DNA from: Candidatus Dojkabacteria bacterium
GTDB lineage: Bacteria > Patescibacteriota > Dojkabacteria > B142 > OLB20
Assembly: GCA_030583785.1 (NCBI GenBank)
Contig: CP129475.1
Location: 614,535-678,534, forward strand
Reading direction: 5' to 3'
DNA length: 64,000 nucleotides
The notes under the pieces were generated by a model. The model saw only the letters and a program-made list of their open reading frames with translations. It was not told where the DNA came from and did no database searches. Within the stretch, counting starts at the first letter, position 1, and every line of letters begins with the position of its first letter. The translations under genes and the position numbers were made by a program. Positions 7,988-15,785 of the stretch are shown piece after piece.

Positions 7988-8977
7988 ATGGGAATAGATA
8001 CTTTATTACAACTTGGTTACCCAAGAAACCTTCTAGGCCGAAGAGTAGATCAAGAGTTTGTCGATCAAATTACGAGATGCGCCAACCCACTCGCAGATAA
8101 GCTACACGAAAAAAATCACTCCACAGACTATCCAGAATGGTTTGGTGGTCTTTGCGATGCAGCACTTTCTTGTTATCTCGCAAAAGATGGTAGTACTCTT
8201 AAACCGACCATAAGCTACGAAACCTCCCAGATACCTGCTGCCTATGTTTTACTAGGTTCATTAGGTAGATTCGGAGATTGGCCAAAACCAAGATTGAAAG
8301 GATATCCAGAATCTGAAACCAGCACAATCGCAGTCGCCACAAAAAAACAGGATATAATTGATGCCTTGATAGGAGCTACCAGACATAGCATTTTTAGCCA
8401 AAGAATTCTTAGAAATCTGCTTCTATACAAAGGTGATTATGACAGAGAAGAAGATATTCAGTCTGCAATTAGTAGGTTTAGAGAAGCTAGGTCAACAAAT
8501 ATCTCAGAAACAGACCAGCATTTGATTACCCCTGCATACATTGCAGGTTGGATAGATGCAGGTAAGATAGGAATTAATATCTGCCCAGAAAGAAACCCTA
8601 GCAACACAGAACAGTTAACTTTTCGCCCGATGATAACATTTGGCTACCGTAATGGGCTTGGAGCTCAGATATCAAGACTTTATGGGGGCAGTCTACGACC
8701 CGATGGAACAGCAATTATCTCTAAAGCAGAATTTGTACTTTATTTTTGCGATGATGTTGCACCACACCTAGTTACACGGCCCGAAGTCGCAGTATTACAT
8801 GCACTCTCTACAGAAAAATTGACTAGAATCGCAAGAGATGAAGGTCAAGTTCACTTGGCTGCAGACGAAACAGTAGGATACGATTGTTACACAGCTTTTT
8901 GTGAACTTACAGGAGCAAAAGCCGCTTCACTCGAAGAGCTAAAACAAAATCTGATTATAAGCGCAGAAGTTTCATAG
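7988..8977 (+). CDS. hypothetical protein
   Basis: 329-aa ORF with coding-like composition and no recognisable motif. Its 3' end overlaps trpS convergently by 23 nt. Confidence 0.45.
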   Translation: MGIDTLLQLGYPRNLLGRRVDQEFVDQITRCANPLADKLHEKNHSTDYPEWFGGLCDAALSCYLAKDGSTLKPTISYETSQIPAAYVLLGSLGRFGDWPKPRLKGYPESETSTIAVATKKQDIIDALIGATRHSIFSQRILRNLLLYKGDYDREEDIQSAISRFREARSTNISETDQHLITPAYIAGWIDAGKIGINICPERNPSNTEQLTFRPMITFGYRNGLGAQISRLYGGSLRPDGTAIISKAEFVLYFCDDVAPHLVTRPEVAVLHALSTEKLTRIARDEGQVHLAADETVGYDCYTAFCELTGAKAASLEELKQNLIISAEVS

Positions 8978-9944
8978 CATCTTTTACCCTATCAATTACA
9001 CCCTCTGCTGTCGCATAAGCCTTCTTTGTTCCTTCGTGCAATATTTCTGTCAGAACTGTCTGATCACCATACTTTTGGCGGCGAGAACTAATTGGCTCCA
9101 TTAACTCTTCTAGGCTTGCCAGTAGCTTTTGCTTGACCTCAACATCTCCAACCCGCCCTTTTATATATCGTTCTTTCAAATCTTCTACCTCAGCTTTATT
9201 TTTATTGAAAATATCGTGGTAAACAAAAACAGGATTCCCTTCAACTTTACCGGGATCAGTTGCCCGCACTCTATTTGGGTCTGTATACATGGACATGACC
9301 TTTTGTTTTAGAGATTCAGAAGATTCGTTGAGATAAATTGCATTGTTAAGGGACTTGCTCATCTTGGCATTGTTGTCTAATCCGACAAGCCTCGACACAG
9401 ATCCCACTTTCGCTTCTGGCTCGACTAGTGTCTGCCCGTATATTCCATTAAACTTACGCACCAGCTGTCTTGCCACTTCAATGTGTGGAAGCTGATCTTC
9501 ACCAACGGGTACCAAATTTGCATCATAAATTGCAATATCTGCGGCCTGACTAACCGGATACATAAAAAATCCAAGAGGTACGCTGTCTTCGAATCCCTTC
9601 TGCTTCATCTCTGTTTTAACTGTAGGATTGTGGCCGAGCTTATTTACGGATATTAAGTTGGCAAGAAAAACAGTGAGCTCTGCAGTTTGAGGAATAGCCG
9701 ACTGCAGAATAAATGTTACTTTTTCTGGATCAAGACCAACGGCAATATTATCTTGCAATACCTGCAAGACATTGTCTCTTACTTTTTCGGGTTTTTCGAA
9801 ATTATCAGTAAGTGCTTGAACATCGGCAATCAAAATGTATGTATCATAATCGTTTTGCAGTTCTACTCTGTTTTGCAACGACCCGACAAAATGCCCTAAA
9901 TGCAAAGGGCCTGTAGGTCTGTCTCCTGTTAGTATTCTTTTCAT
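8955..9944 (-). CDS. trpS: tryptophanyl-tRNA synthetase
   Basis: TGPLHLGH (HIGH motif), KMSKS present, 329 aa. Typical class-I TrpRS. Confidence 0.9.
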   Translation of the reverse strand: MKRILTGDRPTGPLHLGHFVGSLQNRVELQNDYDTYILIADVQALTDNFEKPEKVRDNVLQVLQDNIAVGLDPEKVTFILQSAIPQTAELTVFLANLISVNKLGHNPTVKTEMKQKGFEDSVPLGFFMYPVSQAADIAIYDANLVPVGEDQLPHIEVARQLVRKFNGIYGQTLVEPEAKVGSVSRLVGLDNNAKMSKSLNNAIYLNESSESLKQKVMSMYTDPNRVRATDPGKVEGNPVFVYHDIFNKNKAEVEDLKERYIKGRVGDVEVKQKLLASLEELMEPISSRRQKYGDQTVLTEILHEGTKKAYATAEGVIDRVKDAMKLLRL

Positions 9945-10050
9945 ATTTCTAGTATAAGATAGTGCATTATAGCTTATCTTGAAAAGTCTGCTTACAATTC
10001 TGGTTTATCTGCTAAATACAAGTTAACATAAACATATAAACACATAGTCT

Positions 10051-12018
10051 ATGTATCAGTGGGAATATCTTCTTAACAAGAATCCAAAAAAGGATATCAA
10101 TGAATTTTCTGCAAAAAGCGGAACGGCTGTACTTTCTAGGTATCAAAACAAAAAAGCAAATACTGTTCAATTTCGTGTGTATGTAAACAGAAAGTATGCT
10201 CGAGTAAAACTGATTGGTCCTTTTAACGATTGGGGCAGAAAACAAGATCAAGGAGAATGGCTACTCAAGCCAGATAGCAAATCCGAATTCTATACAGTTT
10301 CTATTGTCGGCGGAAAAATTAAACATAAAACCCCGTATCTCTATTTTGTAAACGGTAAGATATTAAGAGATCCGGCCTCTGCCTTTTTTGACAAAGACGG
10401 AAACAGTGTTTTTTGGGACTTCGATGATCCATCTGCCTACAACTACAAGTTTGAGAAACCAGACCTTAGAGGCAAATCCGTAAAAATACTGCAGACCGAT
10501 CTTCCGGGATTGGTAACGCATGTTGAAAATGCAAAAGGCAACAGCGGTTGGCAAATAGAGCCAGACGGCACATTCGATTTTATTCGTAGCAGTGGGGTTA
10601 TAAAAAAAATTAAAGATCTTGGATTTAATGCTATCCAGTTTTTACCCGTTGCCAGATCAATAGATGGAGGCAAATGGAGTCTGCGATACCTTGTCCCCTA
10701 TCTATATTCAATAAACAACTACTGGGGAACCCCCGATGATTTTGCAGCCATGGTTGATAAATTCCACGAGCATGGAATTGCGATCATAGTTGACCTTGTT
10801 GTCTCGCATGCTCCTTATAAAGACTATCGACTCTTTGGCAAACCTGCTGACGATGTCGGAATCCATCTCTGGCAAGACGACAAGGCAAATCAAACATATT
10901 TGGACCAAGAAACCAACTGGGGCACAAAAAGATATCGGATTGCAGATGCTAACATCCGTAGCTTTGTCAACGAATCGGCTTTATTTTGGCTGAAGCACTA
11001 CCGAGTCTCTGGCTTTCGCATCGACAATGTCGACGGAATTCTGAGATATGGCGATAACGGAGATGGACGCGAAAGACCAAATGGTAGAGAGTTTTTACGC
11101 GAGTTAACTTCTGAGGCATACAAATACGATCCTTCCGTATTCTTTCATTTTGAAGCTCATTATTTCTACAAGAATAACGCTAAATGGCTGGTGCAAAAAC
11201 TAGAAGAAGATAAAAAGGCTTTGGGTGCAACCGCATATACATCCTCAAGACTAACCTACCATTTTCATGCGGAGTATATGCCTTTTAGCGCAGATAAGTT
11301 GTCTGTCTGGAAGTATAAGCATATCAACGACGAGCAGGAATGGGGAGAATCTGCATCTACGATAGCCGATTTTCATAACCACGATGCAGCAGCAGGTCTT
11401 ATGTCTATGAGGGCGACTGGTTCGTATGCATACGATGCCCTTACAGTCAAAAACCCTGATCTTCATTACCATGCAGTAGGTAAAATTAAGGTAATGGAAG
11501 CACTAATCAGCTTTCTTGCCGAGGGTCGAACTCTGGATCTGCTTCAGTCTTTACTTCTACAAACAGGAAGCTTTGAACATGATTCAACAATCCATTGGCA
11601 ACTGGTCAATTCCGAACTTGTGCGTGCCATGCTCAACTATAAAAAAGACATAAACAAACTTCTTGATCAAGAAGAATTCTGGCCAATTAATGTGTCTCAA
11701 AGGAAAATCATTAATCTAGATGATATTAACAAATGCCTGACATTTATCAGGTCGACAAAAAAAGACGCTGGCAAACACGGATACTTGGTTCATATAAATA
11801 TTTCCGGAGCAATGCTTAAACAAATTGTCATTCCTGCTCCGATAGTTGGAGATTACAAAGTTATAATGAATTCAGATTTATTTACTTATGCCGGAAGCGG
11901 AAGGGTTCAATTTGCCGAAGTGCTAAAAAGTGCCCCAACAAATCAGTTTGAATTATTCCCACACGGTTTGCATTTAACACAAATTGCTCCGTACGGAATA
12001 GTAATCTTTAAGTACTAG
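10051..12018 (+). CDS. GH13 alpha-amylase-family enzyme with N-terminal CBM48-like domain (1,4-alpha-glucan branching enzyme-like)
   Basis: N-terminal VNRKYARVKLIGPFNDWG (CBM48/E-set). GH13 region I IVDLVVSHA and region II GFRIDNVDGI (catalytic Asp). 655 aa. Confidence 0.65.
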   Translation: MYQWEYLLNKNPKKDINEFSAKSGTAVLSRYQNKKANTVQFRVYVNRKYARVKLIGPFNDWGRKQDQGEWLLKPDSKSEFYTVSIVGGKIKHKTPYLYFVNGKILRDPASAFFDKDGNSVFWDFDDPSAYNYKFEKPDLRGKSVKILQTDLPGLVTHVENAKGNSGWQIEPDGTFDFIRSSGVIKKIKDLGFNAIQFLPVARSIDGGKWSLRYLVPYLYSINNYWGTPDDFAAMVDKFHEHGIAIIVDLVVSHAPYKDYRLFGKPADDVGIHLWQDDKANQTYLDQETNWGTKRYRIADANIRSFVNESALFWLKHYRVSGFRIDNVDGILRYGDNGDGRERPNGREFLRELTSEAYKYDPSVFFHFEAHYFYKNNAKWLVQKLEEDKKALGATAYTSSRLTYHFHAEYMPFSADKLSVWKYKHINDEQEWGESASTIADFHNHDAAAGLMSMRATGSYAYDALTVKNPDLHYHAVGKIKVMEALISFLAEGRTLDLLQSLLLQTGSFEHDSTIHWQLVNSELVRAMLNYKKDINKLLDQEEFWPINVSQRKIINLDDINKCLTFIRSTKKDAGKHGYLVHINISGAMLKQIVIPAPIVGDYKVIMNSDLFTYAGSGRVQFAEVLKSAPTNQFELFPHGLHLTQIAPYGIVIFKY

Positions 12019-12322
12019 AACTAGACGGAACACCTGCAGCAGAACTTGGCTCACCAGGTTTCAAAATTTTTTGCGGAGGCATCTGATCACTCTTTGAGCT
12101 AACAAGAATATCTCGGATAGAGACAGCAGCCCAAACTAAATTGAGAACCAGAAAATGCCAGGTCTGTGTCATTAATGCAGAAACAATTAGCAGAGAACTG
12201 CCGATTGCATTGGCTGCGTCATATCGAATGTGCTTATCGCTCCACTCCCCTCTTTGATTCATAACAAAGGCCAGAAGAACTATTGCAGCCCCAGAGAATC
12301 CAATTATTGTTGCTAAGTCCAT
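12008..12322 (-). CDS. small membrane protein (two predicted TM helices), hypothetical
   Basis: 104-aa ORF with two hydrophobic segments (IIGFSGAAIVLLAFV; SSLLIVSALMTQTWHFLVLNLVWAAV). Confidence 0.4.
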   Translation of the reverse strand: MDLATIIGFSGAAIVLLAFVMNQRGEWSDKHIRYDAANAIGSSLLIVSALMTQTWHFLVLNLVWAAVSIRDILVSSKSDQMPPQKILKPGEPSSAAGVPSSSST

Positions 12323-12339
12323 AATAAGTTTTTAAGAAG

Positions 12340-12750
12340 TTAATTACTTTGCATCTCAATAAAATCCTCGAGCATTTGACCGTGATCAAATGCCAATTTT
12401 GTAGGATCAATTTTATCAACTTCGAGGAACTCTGCTTTATGTGCGTCGTCTGCTGCTTTTGGAATACCATCAGCAAAAGCAATGAATAGAATAGAAACAC
12501 GCTGCTTAGGATCCCTTTTTGGATCGTCGTATACTGCAAACATTTCAACTTTATCAAGGATTATTCCTGTTTCTTCTTTAACCTCGCGAACAACAGCCTG
12601 TTCAGCAGTTTCGTCAAAGTTCATATATCCCCCGGGTAAAGCCAAATAGTTTTTATACGGTTCTGCTGCCCTAGTCACGAAAAGCACTTTTCCTTCGCTG
12701 TTTACAACTAAGCAATCAACTGTAAGTACTCTGTCTAGATACTTTTTCAT
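12340..12750 (-). CDS. NUDIX hydrolase
   Basis: Nudix box LPGGYMNFDETAEQAVVREVKEETGI (GX5EX7REUXEEXGU). Confidence 0.8.
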   Translation of the reverse strand: MKKYLDRVLTVDCLVVNSEGKVLFVTRAAEPYKNYLALPGGYMNFDETAEQAVVREVKEETGIILDKVEMFAVYDDPKRDPKQRVSILFIAFADGIPKAADDAHKAEFLEVDKIDPTKLAFDHGQMLEDFIEMQSN

Positions 12751-13118
12751 TTTTTTATGCTGTTTAGATATATCCCTAGATTCTGCACCATGTCTTCGCG
12801 GTTTTGATAGTCGATAAAGTTATCTGTAACTGCATGTAGCGAGGACGAATATTTAGTGCCCTTTTTGTAGATACATAGAATCGGAATGCCAATGCTGTTT
12901 GCCCAACCTAGCTCTATACCTAGGCCGATAGAAGGGTAACTAACCTCTGCCACAACCAGATCAAAACTTCTCATCTCACCTTGAGAATCGTAAAGACCAG
13001 CATTATGTTCGTGAGGAAAAACTAGTTCAAAATCTTTGCTCCAAGAGGCGGAGTGGATTGGATTGTAGTATTCTTCTTGATAATCGAAAGCTGTGGAATG
13101 AGCGAAATATATCTTCAT
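12747..13118 (-). CDS. nucleoside 2-deoxyribosyltransferase-like (NDT/Rcl-fold) protein
   Basis: MKIYFAHS N-terminus and GLGIELGWANSIGIPILCIY (conserved Glu in E[IL]G context) typical of the N-deoxyribosyltransferase fold. Overlaps the Nudix gene start by 4 nt. Confidence 0.5.
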   Translation of the reverse strand: MKIYFAHSTAFDYQEEYYNPIHSASWSKDFELVFPHEHNAGLYDSQGEMRSFDLVVAEVSYPSIGLGIELGWANSIGIPILCIYKKGTKYSSSLHAVTDNFIDYQNREDMVQNLGIYLNSIKK

Positions 13119-14449
13119 TTTTCTAAAAACTTTCTTGTTTCATTTTTATAGTCTTCAACGCTGGGCTGGTTAAACGCATCTATGTTCATGAAATGCCCCA
13201 TGTACATTATTTCTAACATTCGCATTTGCATATAAGCTCCCAAGGTTTTAGCACTGATTTCTGCAATCTCTATACGATTGCAAGGGATATTGTTGTTTGC
13301 GTAAGCTAGGTCAAGTCCGGCGATGATCGCCTCTGTAATATTTGAAAATGATTTCCCCTTTAGAGAGTCTACCAAATCTAGCTCTAGCTTTTCTGGAACC
13401 TTAACATCTAAAGAGTTATCTTGCGCATATATTATTGAAGTGAATTTGTCGTTAGGACCCCCAAAATAAAGCTGTGCCATGGAGTGTAGATCGACAGAAC
13501 CAATGGACACAACCGGTGTAATACCGGTGCGTACTTCTGCATAATGAATATTGTCTTTTTTACCTAAGCTTTCGGCCATTAATTGTCTGTACCATTTACC
13601 AAGTGATTCAAGTTCTGGGTTAAAGAAAAAGTTAACATAAGTTTCGCGGTCTTCGAGATAGTTAGTGTAGATCTCGAGAGCGGACTGCATAGCTAGGTTC
13701 TGTTTTAGGTTATATGAGCCCAACGATTTGAGCATTTCGACCGCACCTGCACGAAAGTCTTCGATATAAACGCCGGCAAGCATTAACGGGAACAACCCTA
13801 CTGCAGAAAAGACACTGAACCTGCCACCGACCTCTTTGGGAACCGGAAGAAGTAATAATCCTTTTGCCTTTGCTGCAATCCATAACTTAGATTCTATGTC
13901 GGTGGTAATAACAAACTGTTTTTTTGCATCTTTTCCGAAGCGGTTCTGCAGATATTGAAAGATTACTTCAAAATTAGCCGCAGTTTCTGTTGTTGTGCCT
14001 GATTTGCTTATTACATTAACTACAACTTGCTCTATAGACACGATGTCTCTGTCTAACAGTTCGAACAAAGCTTTAACCCGCAACGGAGAGTTTGTATCTA
14101 GAAAGAAGAGTTTTGGCGTCACCGAGTCTTTAAGGTTAGCTTCTACTCCGTTAAGAGCTTCGTAAACAGCCTGTGTTCCTAAATTGGAACCACCAATGCC
14201 GACAACAACTACCCAGCGCAAATCTGGTGAAACGACTGCGTCTACTGCAGCCCCAACTGCACTGAGAAGCTCTTCGTCGTGTGGCAGACAGAGAGATGAA
14301 GCAGGATCGTTATATTTTCGTTCGGAATAAACCTTGCCTAAATGCATTTCGTATTTTTGCAAGTACCGATTTGAGGCGAAGTATTCTTCAACCCTGTTTT
14401 TTGGCGCTGGTGTAATCTTGATTGACTGTTGCATTTTGTTTGTATCCAT
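13115..14449 (-). CDS. pgi: glucose-6-phosphate isomerase
   Basis: VVVGIGGSNLGTQAV (PGI signature GIGGSxLG) and the sugar isomerase SIS architecture. 444 aa. Confidence 0.9.
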   Translation of the reverse strand: MDTNKMQQSIKITPAPKNRVEEYFASNRYLQKYEMHLGKVYSERKYNDPASSLCLPHDEELLSAVGAAVDAVVSPDLRWVVVVGIGGSNLGTQAVYEALNGVEANLKDSVTPKLFFLDTNSPLRVKALFELLDRDIVSIEQVVVNVISKSGTTTETAANFEVIFQYLQNRFGKDAKKQFVITTDIESKLWIAAKAKGLLLLPVPKEVGGRFSVFSAVGLFPLMLAGVYIEDFRAGAVEMLKSLGSYNLKQNLAMQSALEIYTNYLEDRETYVNFFFNPELESLGKWYRQLMAESLGKKDNIHYAEVRTGITPVVSIGSVDLHSMAQLYFGGPNDKFTSIIYAQDNSLDVKVPEKLELDLVDSLKGKSFSNITEAIIAGLDLAYANNNIPCNRIEIAEISAKTLGAYMQMRMLEIMYMGHFMNIDAFNQPSVEDYKNETRKFLEK

Positions 14450-14468
14450 ATGAGTAACTTTACATTAT

Positions 14469-15089
14469 TTAGCTAAGATTTTCTAATGTGTATGCCCAGA
14501 CTAGCCCTATTACAGATTTGGCGCCCGCTGTCTTAAGAACCTGTGCACACTCTGCAAGAGTTGAGCCGGTTGTACAAACATCGTCGACCAAGACAATTCG
14601 TTTGTCTTTAATCGTGTCCGAGCTTGTTAGAGAGAAGGCATTACTTAGATTCCTTTTTCTATCTGCTTTTGATAGTTCGGCCTGATTTCTTGTGTCTTTA
14701 GTTTTAATTAGCACATTGTTTAACTTTTTATTATTTATATGCTTACAAAGCAATTCGGTATGCTGAAAACCCCTCCATTTGGTGCGCTTATTAGAAGCAG
14801 GTACCGGTATAAGATAGTCGTAATCAATAGCTTGTAACCGTGTATTCATCATAAAGGCAATGTCTGCTGCGTAATCAAAATAAAAATTAAACTTATAATC
14901 GTGCATGATTTTTTGTGCAAGCTTGTCGTAAGGAACGCAGGCTAAAACAATATCGAAACCATCGATGATTGGAACAACAGGTTGCTGCCAGATACTTCTA
15001 CATTCAGGACAAATCCAATAATTATTCTTGCCGCATACACGGCAAGTTCGAGGAAATAGTGTGCTAAAAAGTATATCGGAAACAAACAT
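14469..15089 (-). CDS. comFC: ComF-family competence protein / phosphoribosyltransferase
   Basis: N-terminal zinc ribbon (CRVCG...CPEC) and C-terminal PRTase motif IVLVDDVCTTGSTL. Confidence 0.75.
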   Translation of the reverse strand: MFVSDILFSTLFPRTCRVCGKNNYWICPECRSIWQQPVVPIIDGFDIVLACVPYDKLAQKIMHDYKFNFYFDYAADIAFMMNTRLQAIDYDYLIPVPASNKRTKWRGFQHTELLCKHINNKKLNNVLIKTKDTRNQAELSKADRKRNLSNAFSLTSSDTIKDKRIVLVDDVCTTGSTLAECAQVLKTAGAKSVIGLVWAYTLENLS

Positions 15090-15574
15090 AGATGATTATT
15101 ATTGTCTACATAATTAATACACTTTTAGTCTTAACAATTTCTTAACTTGTCCACAATTAGGGATGATTGATTGAATATCTTGTTACAAAACAAAAGAAAA
15201 CAAGACAGAAACAGCTTTTTTCACCACTACCTTTCCTCTACCAATCGATCTCGTTGCCAGACAATAATTTTCGGTTGATTCTTGCACTTGAGCCGACCGA
15301 ACAGATACCGATACCTGCAAGTTCGTACATTAATTCTCTATAAGCATGAAATAGAATTGTCGAGTGGACCCTGTATTAAAAACCCAAAGAAAATACTAAT
15401 CGTAACCACAATTACCTACCCTCCCTCAGCTTACAACAAACTTCTTAACTTCTCATGAATAATTGATTTTTACATTAAATAATTAGAAAGCTAAGTTTGT
15501 TCAACTATTATATTCAATAATTGCTTATCGATCATTTCTTTGTTAGAATTAATCTCAAATCAAATAACAATGCG

Positions 15575-15770
15575 TTGAACCGACCTAGTCATCGGGGAGC
15601 AAAGGAAAGAACATCAGTTTTTCTGACTAGTAGACTCCTTCGGGTAGGCCCGAAATAGCCGCAAGAGATGCCCGAAAAGGCATGGATCAGGGTGGAACCT
15701 CCTTATATATCGAAGGACCCTATCCGACAATCGCAGCTGTAATGCGGTTGGCGGATAGGGTTTTTTGTAT
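15575..15770 (+). promoter_or_regulatory. T-box-like leader riboswitch upstream of valS
   Basis: Conserved T-box-like sequence ATCAGGGTGGAACCTCC (cf. AGGGUGGNACCGCG) at ~15692-15708, directly 5' of an intrinsic terminator. Possible Stem-I elements: GTTGA k-turn-like motif, a GTCA loop (Val codon GUC plus purine), and AGAGA. Confidence 0.5.
15721..15766 (+). terminator. rho-independent terminator / T-box terminator hairpin
   Basis: ccctatccg...cggataggg perfect 9-bp stem followed by tttttt. Confidence 0.65.
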
Positions 15771-15785
15771 CTTATAAACATATAT

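Noticed and set aside
15590-15770. Possibility that the structured region upstream of valS is RNase P RNA or 6S RNA
   Set aside because: No RNase P conserved blocks (GGAAAGTCCGGGCTCC, ACAGAAAGGGCTTA-type) were seen. The T-box core plus terminator and the location before an aaRS fit a T-box leader better.
15765-15785. Longer valS start (MYLINIYMLTKG...) given by the ORF track
   Set aside because: The extension overlaps the leader terminator T-run. The ATG at 15786 (MLTKGPYEA...) is the more plausible start.
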